NCBI GenBank assembly: GCA_964409765.1
Contig: CAYPEM010000019.1
Span: 1,429-65,428 of the forward strand
From: an uncultured Chitinophagaceae bacterium
GTDB lineage: Bacteria > Bacteroidota > Ignavibacteria > UBA10030 > UBA8401
DNA: 64,000 bases
Direction: 5' to 3'
Shown one piece after another: positions 30,006 to 39,751 of this stretch. Made by a program: the position numbers and the translations under genes. The notes under the pieces are model-generated. The model saw only the letters and a program-made list of their open reading frames with translations, searched no databases and was not told where the DNA came from. Positions within the stretch are counted from its first letter, which is position 1. Every line of letters starts with the position of its first letter.

Positions 30006-31928
30006 TTAACCCGTCTTTTTCACTGTATCAAATTGAAATTGCCATTTGTCCGTGGAAGACTCACAGATAGATTGATTTCTGAATTCCTCTGAATGGAAAT
30101 CAATCATCTGTGAGCTTTCATTTTTATCCTGGCAGGTAGCACCATTATTCCTTCCGTTAGCTACCATAATTGTAAAGTTGTCCTTTTGAATACTCTCCTT
30201 TATTTGTCGTCTAACCTCAGCTAAATGCTTTTTAGCTGTATCAATATAAATCGAGAGGTTTTCAGCAATTAACCTTGCTGTCGGCTTTCTTTTTTGACTA
30301 ACAAGTCTATAATATTCATCCTTTACTTTATCAAAATAAGATAGAGGGGTAACCTGGGTAAACTCTCCAATAATAGAATAAGAGGATTCAATATTATCTT
30401 GTTCCTTTACCTGACCACCCCCCAATCCCATATGCTTTTTTCTACTGAGGTGATATTTAACCGTTTCGAAATTTATGTCAGCCAAATCGGAAACCAGCCG
30501 ACAGAAATGATTTTGACTTTTAATCTCTATTTTCCGTGATTGAATAAATAAGAGTGCTCTTTTCTTAATCTCTGTCCACCGATACAAAGCAGATGCATTT
30601 TTCAGTTCATTTAATAATCGCTTATATACAATGAGTGGAGCCTCATTTTCATTTATTCTTTCATCGATAAAATGCTTATTGCAGATGGATGACCTGGTTG
30701 AGAATTTTGGAGATAAAGTATTATTGGTGTAATGTTGATAAGCAAAGGAAGTAATGGATTTAAGTTCACTTTCGATTACGGGAAACTTGTTACCATGTTC
30801 ATCGAGACATTGTTCGTTTAAACAAAATGCAAGGCTATACAGTTTAGATTTTGAAACCGGTTTCTCATATACTTTCTGAATAAATAGGTATCCGCAAAGG
30901 ATTGCTATAAGCATATCAAATCGCTTACCTGAATAAATCATCAAATCTTTCTTAAATAAAATCTTGTATGCAATGGCCGGTTCCTGTAATAGAGCAATTG
31001 TATTTGATTTGTTATGCCATTCCTGATTGGAGATAAGTGTTTTCGGAAAGTATTTTGCCAGTGTATGTTTATTGTAATCAAATGTGAAATCTGATGTGCT
31101 TAGTTCCGGCAATCCGGAATGCTTGTCGATTACAACATGGTTTACACTATAGCCCTTTTCAATTTGTTTTGTAAAGTACAGGTAATGGCTCCGGTCCAGA
31201 TATATTTCAGGGTCAGCTAAAATTTTCTTTAGCTTACCTGATGACAGACCTTTTCCCGACCTTCCATTGTTCTTAGATTCCTTTTTTAAATGCTCCTGGT
31301 AGTAATCCTCAGATGATTTATCAAATACATATTTAAAGGTAGTTGCATGCTCATTAAACATGATTGCCGGGTCATAGGGCAAATAGGTACGTTGAGTGGT
31401 ATTACATGCACCATCACAAAGTTTGTAACCCAGTTGATTATAAATACGAGTTGACAATTGGTGATACATGTATTCATAATCTTCAAACGATTGGATTCCA
31501 TCTACTCTAATGATAGCATGTACACCGAAGGTTGTGGACCTATACACCATTATCACAAAAGGCAAAGCGGCAATTTCATTTTTTACGTCTTCGATTTCCT
31601 TTTCTTCGATATCATCGATATCAAGCAGGGCAAATCCTGTGAATGATTGCAAATTCTCTGCATCAATACAAGGATAGAATTTCGCATGCCATGTTACATT
31701 TGGATAATGCGTTTTGCGTAGCCTTATTTCCTTTTCAGAAAGTGCTCCAGAGCGTAATATCTCCTGGTCATCGTACCGCCAATCCTTTGTCCGGATTGTT
31801 TCAATAATTTGTAATGGGGATTTTACCTGACCGGCACTTGTAGTATATACATCCGGGAAATACTGAATTTCATCATTAGAAAAGTGTGAGTTTGTTTCAG
31901 TGTGTAAATAATTTGTCTCTTCATGCAT
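30006..31928 (-). CDS. Hypothetical 640-aa protein, possibly a primase/replication-related protein of Bacteroidetes mobile elements (VirE/BT4734-like N-terminal region)
   Basis: Size, position next to the recombinases and N-terminal segment resemblance. Low-confidence recognition without a search. Confidence 0.3.
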   Translation of the reverse strand: MHEETNYLHTETNSHFSNDEIQYFPDVYTTSAGQVKSPLQIIETIRTKDWRYDDQEILRSGALSEKEIRLRKTHYPNVTWHAKFYPCIDAENLQSFTGFALLDIDDIEEKEIEDVKNEIAALPFVIMVYRSTTFGVHAIIRVDGIQSFEDYEYMYHQLSTRIYNQLGYKLCDGACNTTQRTYLPYDPAIMFNEHATTFKYVFDKSSEDYYQEHLKKESKNNGRSGKGLSSGKLKKILADPEIYLDRSHYLYFTKQIEKGYSVNHVVIDKHSGLPELSTSDFTFDYNKHTLAKYFPKTLISNQEWHNKSNTIALLQEPAIAYKILFKKDLMIYSGKRFDMLIAILCGYLFIQKVYEKPVSKSKLYSLAFCLNEQCLDEHGNKFPVIESELKSITSFAYQHYTNNTLSPKFSTRSSICNKHFIDERINENEAPLIVYKRLLNELKNASALYRWTEIKKRALLFIQSRKIEIKSQNHFCRLVSDLADINFETVKYHLSRKKHMGLGGGQVKEQDNIESSYSIIGEFTQVTPLSYFDKVKDEYYRLVSQKRKPTARLIAENLSIYIDTAKKHLAEVRRQIKESIQKDNFTIMVANGRNNGATCQDKNESSQMIDFHSEEFRNQSICESSTDKWQFQFDTVKKTG

Positions 31929-32193
31929 TGCGATTTAGAATTTTACATTGCTGTTGTTCGGTGTTTTATAGTTGCCGGGTGAAGTAATCGCAATGTTCAA
32001 CCCTCACCGGCAACTCGCTCCCCATGGTACGGACCCGTTTTGCATACAAGGTCCGAGAGCAACTTTTTGTTATTTCATCATATTTCAGTGATAAATAAAA
32101 ATAATCAATTTCCTTAATAAATACAAATAAAATTTCAAAACCATTAAATATCAATGATTAATAAAAGAAAAATAAAAAATAATCAAGATTCAA

Positions 32194-32616
32194 CTAAACC
32201 TTTGTCCATGTCATCGAACTATGATGCTGCGGATTATGGCTCATAAAATAGCAATGGCTTGCATCATGACCTGTCAAATCCCAATCATCATCACATTCCC
32301 ATAAAACCGAATGGTCATCGCAACCCATGATATGGAAATGACACATTGAATGATTACTATCGTTGTAACTCCAACTGCAGTCATAAGAGTTTGTATGACC
32401 GGCAATGGTCATCACTCCATTCGAATTGCAGGTAAAAGTATAACCGGCAAACTGACTGGCCAGTTCAACGCTGTCCTTTATGAAGGAGCTAACTCGCCAA
32501 GTCCCGACAAGTGGTTCCGTTGTGGGAGATGTTGTAGGGCTGGAGCTGTCTTTTTTACAAGCATTGCCGAGAACTGTGATAATTAATACAATTCCGAATA
32601 CTAAATATCTTTTCAT
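32194..32616 (-). CDS. Cys/His-rich lipoprotein (lipocalin-like size); paralog of CDS 57787..58200
   Basis: Lipobox LGNAC. Shared motifs with the paralog: GTWRVSSFIKD.VE.A.QFAGYTF.CN.NG.M...CHFHIMGCD...ECDDDWD...CYF. Confidence 0.55.
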   Translation of the reverse strand: MKRYLVFGIVLIITVLGNACKKDSSSPTTSPTTEPLVGTWRVSSFIKDSVELASQFAGYTFTCNSNGVMTIAGHTNSYDCSWSYNDSNHSMCHFHIMGCDDHSVLWECDDDWDLTGHDASHCYFMSHNPQHHSSMTWTKV

Positions 32617-32617
32617 T

Positions 32618-33991
32618 TTACTTTATTATTTGAAGCTTTTCAGAATATTTTCTGTCTGCTGAAATAAGAGTAACGAAATATATCCCATTACTTAAATTAC
32701 CTACAGGAATATCTTCCTGATAAACACCAACAGAAATTGCACCTTCATTTTGTTCAAAGAGAACCCTACCAGTAATATCCGTAATAATCAAATTTATTTT
32801 TGATGAGAGCTCGTTCGTCCAACTTATCTTAACAAAATCACTTGCCGGATTAGGATAAACATTCATGGAAATTACATTACCATTAACTGGTTGAATACCG
32901 GTATTTGCAGAATACTTTGCAATATTGTTTACAGAAGTTCCAGCAGCATTGGTGAAAGCACCTGCGATGTAAAGTTCATTGTGATAAACGGCCAGTGAAT
33001 TGACCACACCATTCATTCCAATTCCAATACTGGACCAGGAAGAACCATCCCACATCCCTAAATTATTTGATGAAGTCGAGCCGCAGGAACCAAAATTTCC
33101 ACCAATAAAAAGGTGCCCGTTATAAGCACACATGGCACTAACTACATTATCACCCATTCCAGAACCATCGATATCTCCAATGGAGGACCAACTTGAACCA
33201 TTCCACATCGCCAGGTTGTGCATGTCCATTGTTCCGGCATGCTCAAACATCCCACCTGCATATAGATTGCCATCATAAACGCAAAATGAGTGTACCATGC
33301 ATTGGCCACCCATTCCTGTAGTGAAGCCTGTACCAACTGCAGAAAAAGTAGTGCCATCCCATTTACAAATACGATTCATTGCAATTCCACCAGCCATTGT
33401 AAAGTCCCCACCAATATATAAAGCATTATTCCAAACACACATCGCTTCAACATCGTCATTCGTTCCTCCATTAACCTGGTTCCACTGTGCTCCATTCCAT
33501 TTTCCGAGATAATTGACAGTCGTAGTTCCTGATGAAGTGAATTCTCCTCCCGCATAAAGTTCGTTGTTATATACAGCCAGAGCATGTACTTCATGATTAA
33601 ATCCATCACCAACCGGATACCAGGATGTTCCGTCCCATCTTGCAATGTGATTACAAGCTACTCCACCGGCTTGAGTAAAATTTCCTCCAACGTATGCATC
33701 TCCATTAAACATGACAAAACACCAAACTGAATCATTACAACCATTTTGACCCATCATGTTCATTGGATGATACGTTGTGTCATTCCAATAACAACAATAG
33801 TTCATCGTATCAGTACCTGAATTATGAAATCCACCACCAATAAATAAACAATTGCGCAGTGAGTCGTTATACATACAATGTATACCTCCGTTAGTTCCAT
33901 TTCCGGCAGGATTACATTGTGCTTTGGTGCTTGTATTGATAACAGCTACAGAAAGTAGAACTAAGAGTTGAAGTAGAAGTATTTTTTTCAT
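32618..33991 (-). CDS. Kelch-like beta-propeller protein with T9SS C-terminal sorting domain
   Basis: Signal peptide MKKILLLQLLVLLSVAV. Six repeats of the YxGGxF....G......KW.G..W type. C-terminal VYPNPASDFVKISW...GIYFVTL...KLQIIK. Confidence 0.65.
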   Translation of the reverse strand: MKKILLLQLLVLLSVAVINTSTKAQCNPAGNGTNGGIHCMYNDSLRNCLFIGGGFHNSGTDTMNYCCYWNDTTYHPMNMMGQNGCNDSVWCFVMFNGDAYVGGNFTQAGGVACNHIARWDGTSWYPVGDGFNHEVHALAVYNNELYAGGEFTSSGTTTVNYLGKWNGAQWNQVNGGTNDDVEAMCVWNNALYIGGDFTMAGGIAMNRICKWDGTTFSAVGTGFTTGMGGQCMVHSFCVYDGNLYAGGMFEHAGTMDMHNLAMWNGSSWSSIGDIDGSGMGDNVVSAMCAYNGHLFIGGNFGSCGSTSSNNLGMWDGSSWSSIGIGMNGVVNSLAVYHNELYIAGAFTNAAGTSVNNIAKYSANTGIQPVNGNVISMNVYPNPASDFVKISWTNELSSKINLIITDITGRVLFEQNEGAISVGVYQEDIPVGNLSNGIYFVTLISADRKYSEKLQIIK

Positions 33992-34167
33992 CTTATTATC
34001 TTTATACTGTTTAAAAATTAACATGTAAAGTTTCAGAATGAAAAACTAAAATGCTATGATAATAGTCATCGGGAAATATGTCTTTTATCAAGCAATTTAA
34101 TACCCAAAACAATCCAAATAAGATAAAAAAGAGGATTGTGATAACTTGAAGATAAAAATGAAAATAC

Positions 34168-36051
34168 TTAGTTGAATTTCATCAACCTCAAACTCACCAA
34201 AATCACAATCAACGTCACACCCACATCAGCAGCAATCGCCAGGACCAGGTTACTATATCCGAAAAGCGCCAAGGCAATAAATAATATCTTAATCAGTATC
34301 GCTCCGGCTGTATTAAATCTTATAGTCGTTAGTGTCCGCCTGCTTAGACGAATCAGAAATGGTATCAGCGAAAGCTTATCATTCATCAATGCAATGTTGG
34401 CCGTCTCGATGGCTGTATCACTTCCTGCTGCTCCCATCGCAATCCCGACTGACGATTGTGCAAGTGCCGGAGCATCGTTAATTCCGTCTCCTACCATCGC
34501 CACGGAGCCGTATTCTTGCAGAAGCTGATTTATCTTTTCCACTTTGTCTTCCGGAAGCAGTCCGCCATACGCTTTCGATATGCCGACCTGGTTGCTTAGA
34601 TATTGAGCTGCCTTACCGCTGTCCCCAGACAGCATTACAGGCTCTACGCCTAATTCTTTTATCGCCTGGATGGATTCCTTACTATCCGGCTTTACTTCGT
34701 CTGTAAGCCCGATAATGCCTGCTACGCCATCGCCAAAACTGACGACTACACTTGTTTTACCCTGGTTAGTCAAATCCTCAACTGTTTTCTCTGCCTTGTC
34801 ATCAATCGGCTGGTGCTCTTTGATAAAACTTAATTTGCCGATGAAGATTGTCTCATCTTCACATACCAGGCATTCAGCAATCGCACCTTTGCCGGGAATA
34901 CTCTTGAACTTATGGACCGCATGAGCTTTGTATCCGGCTTCGTTTGATGCATCCACAATCGCTTCTGCAAGTGGATGCTCAGAAAACAGCTCCGCTCCCG
35001 CTGCACAGGCTAAAAGTTCTTCCTTTGACGAGACGTTCATCGGTATCAAATCAGATACTTTAGGCTTACCAAACGTGATGGTCCTTGTTTTGTCTAATGC
35101 AATTGCTTTTATCCTTGCCATGATTTCCAAATACTTTCCGCCTTTTACCAAAATTCCTTTAGAAGAAGCATTGCCAATTGCAGCGTATATTGCCACCGGA
35201 GTTGATATCACTAACGCACACGGACAGGCAATCACAAGCAAAGTAACTGCCTGCTCCAACCACTTATTAAAATCCTGATGATAGATAAATACCGGTATTA
35301 CAAATATGCCAGTCGCAATCACAATTATTGTAGGTGTGTAAATCTTTGAGAATCGCTGAATGAATTGCTGAGATTTAGATTTTGTCGCCTGTGCCTGAAA
35401 GGTGAGTTTAACAATTTTGGAAAAAGTTGTATCAACTGAAAGGCTTGTTGTCTTAATCTCAATCAGACCGTTTCTGTTTAACGTCCCCGCAAAAACCTTA
35501 TCTCCTTCATGCTTGTCCTTTGGAATTGGCTCACCCGTTATAGCCGCCTCATCAATTGTTGTATTACCACTTGTAATTACACCATCAATAGGAATGAATT
35601 CTCCTGGCTTAATGAGTAAGATGGTACCGACTTCTATTGAATCGATTGGCATTTCCTTCAGTCCGTTCTTTATTATTGCAGTTTTAGGTGTCTTTGATAC
35701 TAATTCACTCAATGCTGATTGTGAACTTTCAATGCCAATATCTTCCAGTCGCTCTCCTAATACATATAAGGCAATAACTACTGCCGCTTCCGGATATTCC
35801 TTGAGATAAAAAGCTGCAACAACAGCAATAAGCATGAGCAAACTAATGCTGCTGAATTTTAATTTCAGCAACGCTCTTAACCCATTCCATAATACTTTAT
35901 ATCCTACTGATAAAATCAAAATCCCGAATACAACCGGTGCATATGGCATGGGTATATGCAAACCTGTTAAGGACAATACTTCAAGAGCGATTACTCCCGA
36001 TACAGTCGCTAACAGGAAAATGAATTTTTTGTCTTTAAGTGGAAGTATCAT
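34168..36051 (-). CDS. P1B-type heavy-metal translocating ATPase (CPC type, probably Zn/Cd/Pb or Cu+). It lacks a fused N-terminal HMA domain, and its phosphorylation motif reads DKTRT instead of DKTGT.
   Basis: ACPCALVISTP (CPC), SEHPLAEAIV (HP), MVGDGINDAPAL hinge. Codon 323 is AGG (Arg); this was checked on the DNA at 35083-35085. Confidence 0.8.
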   Translation of the reverse strand: MILPLKDKKFIFLLATVSGVIALEVLSLTGLHIPMPYAPVVFGILILSVGYKVLWNGLRALLKLKFSSISLLMLIAVVAAFYLKEYPEAAVVIALYVLGERLEDIGIESSQSALSELVSKTPKTAIIKNGLKEMPIDSIEVGTILLIKPGEFIPIDGVITSGNTTIDEAAITGEPIPKDKHEGDKVFAGTLNRNGLIEIKTTSLSVDTTFSKIVKLTFQAQATKSKSQQFIQRFSKIYTPTIIVIATGIFVIPVFIYHQDFNKWLEQAVTLLVIACPCALVISTPVAIYAAIGNASSKGILVKGGKYLEIMARIKAIALDKTRTITFGKPKVSDLIPMNVSSKEELLACAAGAELFSEHPLAEAIVDASNEAGYKAHAVHKFKSIPGKGAIAECLVCEDETIFIGKLSFIKEHQPIDDKAEKTVEDLTNQGKTSVVVSFGDGVAGIIGLTDEVKPDSKESIQAIKELGVEPVMLSGDSGKAAQYLSNQVGISKAYGGLLPEDKVEKINQLLQEYGSVAMVGDGINDAPALAQSSVGIAMGAAGSDTAIETANIALMNDKLSLIPFLIRLSRRTLTTIRFNTAGAILIKILFIALALFGYSNLVLAIAADVGVTLIVILVSLRLMKFN

Positions 36052-36407
36052 TTCTTTTTACAGCATTCATCAAGATTTGTATATGCTTCCGGGTCCGCCT
36101 TCACATCATCGGCATCATAACCATATTTTGAAATTTTCATTTTGATTTCTTCAGGCGTTGTTTTCTTCGGGTTATATGTTACAGTTATCGTCATGGCCTT
36201 ATCATCAAGCTTGACTAATTTAATTCCCCTTTCAAAGCCCAGGTCTTTCTCAATTTTACCTCCACAACTGCCGCATACTTGACAATGGTCACAGTAGATG
36301 TTGGTTTTAATTTTGATGGTCTCTGAATTATTCGCTTTTGCAGAATAAAAAAATGTTGCGAATGCAATAATGAATATTGCTTTTGATTTTTTTAGATAGC
36401 TATCCAT
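36048..36407 (-). CDS. Exported heavy-metal-associated (HMA-fold) metal-binding protein. Its stop overlaps the ATPase start by 4 bp.
   Basis: Signal peptide. Then ETIKIKTNIYCDHCQVCGSCGG...GI..V, which has the HMA ferredoxin-like layout with a CDHC metal motif in place of CxxC. Confidence 0.6.
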   Translation of the reverse strand: MDSYLKKSKAIFIIAFATFFYSAKANNSETIKIKTNIYCDHCQVCGSCGGKIEKDLGFERGIKLVKLDDKAMTITVTYNPKKTTPEEIKMKISKYGYDADDVKADPEAYTNLDECCKKK

Positions 36408-36435
36408 GATTTAAGTTTTAAGATTTAGAATTCGA

Positions 36436-37890
36436 TTAATGCATAATACCTATTCCATACGGGTCAACACTCACTTCAACTTTGAAATCGTTTATCACAC
36501 TTAAAGTTGCCAGATTAATTGCAGACACACTTCCATTTCGGCCACCACATACACTTGCATGATGTGGTGCCGGTCCGCCCTGAATGTTTCTATTTGTAAT
36601 GAAGGCAATGTCGGAGACGTTATCAATGGCAATACCATGTGGTTGCCAACCTGTATAAAACGAAGATATAACTTGCAAGGTATTCGTGTCGATAATTTTG
36701 ATTGAGCCTCGTTTATTGGGGTCGCTAAAAGTAGACACATCTTCCATACAACTGACAAGTAAGTAGGGATGAACACCTGATAAAGCCATTTCAACTGGTG
36801 ATTCTCCAACTGAAATAATTGCTAAAAGAGAATCATTCGAAGATTGAAAGACTCTTACTTCATTTGATTTTTGACATGTCACATAATACTTTGACTCATC
36901 CGTAGATAATAAAATTTCATGCGGGTCAAGAGAAGAGCTTGTAGAGGGCATTTGTCCAGGCTGTAAGACAACTTGATTTACATCTGGTAAAAAAATATTC
37001 GAAATGTCAATTTTGTAAATGAAATTACCATATTGTGCCGTAACATATAATACAGTCATATTTTGATTTAAATAACTACCATGTGGCCATGATAACGCTC
37101 CATAGGTTGTAATCAAAGTCATAGTTTCAAGATTAACAACTGCAATTCTTCCCGATGTGCTCCAATCAACTATAAATGCAAATTTCGAGTCTGCTGAAAT
37201 AGCAAATGTATTCCATGAACCACCTGTAATATTAACATCCCCGACAAAACCATTATCAGAGGTGCGATACTTTTGTATTACATTTCCAGCATAAAATATC
37301 GTATACCAATATTGATTATCATAGGAAACTTTGACCTGATGCGGCACTTCATGACCTGGACCGGTTCCTACATCGATATATCGAATGGGAATTTTTAATT
37401 CGCTATCGAAAACCGTCACAACATCACATCCTTGATTTGAAACATAAAACTTTTTACGGTTAGGATACTCAGAAAGAAATGCGGTTCCATCAATGCATGG
37501 CGCTCCATTCTGTATCCATGTTTTCAAAGTGTTATACTCAGAAGTTGAAAGAGGAGGTGCATTATACGGCATTCTGGGACTTAAAACTAAACCTTGAGTA
37601 GAATCCGTATTAGTGTAATACAATATTAAACTATAATCCGGTCTATAGGGTATTACACTTGCACCACCTCTTCCACCTTCAAATAACTTATCCCAGGTCG
37701 ATAAATCCAATCCTGCGGCACCACTTTTACTTGCTGTATTATGACAGCCAGCAGTTGAACATTTATTTAGTATAATGTCTTCAACTTCTTTTGGATAACC
37801 ACTTACAAAAGTCTCCTCATCATGTTTGTCCTTCTTACATCCAAACAAAATAAGTAACAGAAATAAGAATTTGAGAATTGAGGGCTTCAT
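36436..37890 (-). CDS. Lipoprotein with an N-terminal Cys-x4-Cys-His domain (homologous to the small lipoproteins at 4811-5579) followed by a YVTN-type beta-propeller
   Basis: Lipobox LILFGC. KCSTAGCHNT...LKTWIQNGAPC. The C-terminal two-thirds carries YVTN/LVIVD-like repeats. Confidence 0.55.
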   Translation of the reverse strand: MKPSILKFLFLLLILFGCKKDKHDEETFVSGYPKEVEDIILNKCSTAGCHNTASKSGAAGLDLSTWDKLFEGGRGGASVIPYRPDYSLILYYTNTDSTQGLVLSPRMPYNAPPLSTSEYNTLKTWIQNGAPCIDGTAFLSEYPNRKKFYVSNQGCDVVTVFDSELKIPIRYIDVGTGPGHEVPHQVKVSYDNQYWYTIFYAGNVIQKYRTSDNGFVGDVNITGGSWNTFAISADSKFAFIVDWSTSGRIAVVNLETMTLITTYGALSWPHGSYLNQNMTVLYVTAQYGNFIYKIDISNIFLPDVNQVVLQPGQMPSTSSSLDPHEILLSTDESKYYVTCQKSNEVRVFQSSNDSLLAIISVGESPVEMALSGVHPYLLVSCMEDVSTFSDPNKRGSIKIIDTNTLQVISSFYTGWQPHGIAIDNVSDIAFITNRNIQGGPAPHHASVCGGRNGSVSAINLATLSVINDFKVEVSVDPYGIGIMH

Positions 37891-37911
37891 TAGCTTAGTT
37901 TTTGTAAAGGA

Positions 37912-38379
37912 TTATTCAGTAACCGGAATATTTAGGTTAACTTCTCCTGATGTCTGAGTTAGAATATAAGGTATCCCACCGGTAACAGTATCTGAAATAG
38001 ATGTATCAAAGGCGACTTCATAGATGTAGTATTTACCCGGCTTTAAGTTTTCGATTTCAATATGATTCTCAGTTGTGTCTGCGTCAACGACAAGGTCATA
38101 AAGCCAAGGGTCCGTTCCAGGTGAATCTTGCGCATTAAATTTTACATAAACATGATATGGCCGAGTATCAGCCCCATGATGTTTCGGGTAGGCAACTATT
38201 GTTGTACTGCCTCCCGTTCCGGCATATAAGCAACTGCCATCGTTTTCCTCAGCTTCTGAATTGTAGCTAATGGAATTAGGGTCCGTGCATCCTTTAACCT
38301 TATCTTTTTTACACGAAGTAAAAATAACAGTGCCTGCAATTATTGCAAGCGTCAAAACCATTGAGGATTTGTTTTTCAT
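37912..38379 (-). CDS. Small lipoprotein, hypothetical
   Basis: Lipobox FTSC. No recognisable catalytic motif. Confidence 0.45.
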   Translation of the reverse strand: MKNKSSMVLTLAIIAGTVIFTSCKKDKVKGCTDPNSISYNSEAEENDGSCLYAGTGGSTTIVAYPKHHGADTRPYHVYVKFNAQDSPGTDPWLYDLVVDADTTENHIEIENLKPGKYYIYEVAFDTSISDTVTGGIPYILTQTSGEVNLNIPVTE

Positions 38380-38420
38380 CTTTTTTGATTTTAGGGAGTT
38401 AATTATTTTTGATTTTAATA

Positions 38421-39743
38421 TTAATGTTCGTGTTCTCCTTCATTCGTCAGCATAGCCATAAGATAGAAAGAGCCGTTAACTACAACTTTTGCATCATGTG
38501 GTAATTCTTCGAGAGGAACTATTTCCGTAAATCCGGAGTCAGATACTCCTTTCTTAATCTGTATTCTATTAAATGAAAATTTGTTTTCTGGATGTCCATT
38601 TGAATCATTATGTTGCTCAGATTCTGAATGGTTATGTTCCTTGTGTTCGTCAGGTTTTTCGCCTTCCTGATGTTGATGATTTTTCTCTTCATCAGAATGT
38701 TCATGATTTTCATTCTCAGATTGAATAAAAATGTAATCATTTCCACCAAAACTTGCAATAGCAGATGAAGAAACAGAAAGTACACTATTGTTGCCAACGT
38801 TGATATTTGCAATTACGCTCATGCCTTCAATCAATCCCGATTTTTCACTCGTTAGCGAAGCATGTACAGGAATTGACTTGCTTTCTCCTTGAAATGCAGA
38901 ACCAATCGAAAATATCTTCGCATCGTAATGCTTCCCTGGCAAATTAGTCAGAAGAACATCAACGGTTTGTCCAATTTTTACTTTTGGTAAATCCTGTTCA
39001 AATACAAATAAATCAAGATGGAGTTGAGAATTGTCCACAACATCCATTAAATCCTTTGACGGCTCAACAGTGCTTCCTATATTAATTTCAATATTTGCGA
39101 TGTTTCCGGAAATGGGCGATTTAATATTAATAAATGAAGAAATATTTTCAGCTGTGAGCGCTGCAGTATTAATATTCAACAAAGTCAATTGTTGTTTCAA
39201 TGCATTCAGGGTCGCTTTAAGCGTTTGATAATTTGATGTTACCTGCTGAAATGACTTTTGAGAAGCAACATTTTTTTCTGATAATTCCTTCTGACGATTA
39301 TAATCTGCTTCGGCAAAAATGATTTGACTTTGAGCCTCCAAATATTCACGCTGCATTCTTATAAATTCCTGATTTGCAATCGTAGCAACCGTTTGACCTT
39401 TCTGTACATGCTCGCCTTCCATTACTAAAATGCTATTAACCGTACCACCGATAATTGCAGTAATGTTTGCCTTGTTGGTAGGTGGCACTTTTAAAAAACC
39501 TGTCGCTTTAAGAGCAGTTGATAGATTTTTCATCTCAACATCTCCAAGTTGAATGTTCAGTTGTTTAAATTGGGCAGCATCAATTTCAACAGATGATGTT
39601 TCTTCGTGATGTTCATGTTCCTCTTCACCTTTAGGAATATCATTGTTTTTTTTGTCGCTGCACGAAACAGCAAAGACTGTGACAATAAAAAGGACAATAG
39701 TTTGTAATCGCCCTGACATATATTTTGAATTTCTCATTTCCAT
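38421..39743 (-). CDS. czcB: RND efflux membrane-fusion protein (CzcB/HlyD family) with His-rich metal-binding segments
   Basis: Lipobox AVSC. His/Glu-rich stretches EEHEHHEETS and NENHEHSDEEKNHQHQEGEKPDEHKEHNHSESEQHNDSNGHPE, plus C-terminal NEGEHEH. Biotinyl-lipoyl/beta-barrel MFP layout. Confidence 0.75.
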   Translation of the reverse strand: MEMRNSKYMSGRLQTIVLFIVTVFAVSCSDKKNNDIPKGEEEHEHHEETSSVEIDAAQFKQLNIQLGDVEMKNLSTALKATGFLKVPPTNKANITAIIGGTVNSILVMEGEHVQKGQTVATIANQEFIRMQREYLEAQSQIIFAEADYNRQKELSEKNVASQKSFQQVTSNYQTLKATLNALKQQLTLLNINTAALTAENISSFINIKSPISGNIANIEINIGSTVEPSKDLMDVVDNSQLHLDLFVFEQDLPKVKIGQTVDVLLTNLPGKHYDAKIFSIGSAFQGESKSIPVHASLTSEKSGLIEGMSVIANINVGNNSVLSVSSSAIASFGGNDYIFIQSENENHEHSDEEKNHQHQEGEKPDEHKEHNHSESEQHNDSNGHPENKFSFNRIQIKKGVSDSGFTEIVPLEELPHDAKVVVNGSFYLMAMLTNEGEHEH

Positions 39744-39751
39744 TTTTTTGT

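Larger units (their letters stand above)
25252..32190. mobile_element. Left end of a putative tRNA-Asn-integrated genomic island (recombinase module plus replication-like cargo). The right boundary is not identified and may extend to about 55.3 kb or beyond the window.
   Basis: Integration into the 3' end of a tRNA gene. Two serine recombinases, then a primase-like gene and AT-rich intergenic spacers. No attR copy of the tRNA 3' end was found by eye anywhere in the window. Confidence 0.45.

Noticed and set aside
31966-32154. 62-aa ORF in the spacer upstream of the primase-like gene
   Set aside because: It has no RBS or start context and overlaps the hairpin-rich spacer. This region is more likely regulatory or non-coding.
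38421-39743. Possibility that the His-rich stretches of CzcB are low-complexity artefacts or a frameshift
   Set aside because: The ORF is continuous. His/Glu-rich metal-binding tails are common in CzcB/ZneB-type membrane-fusion proteins, and the stretches sit at domain termini.
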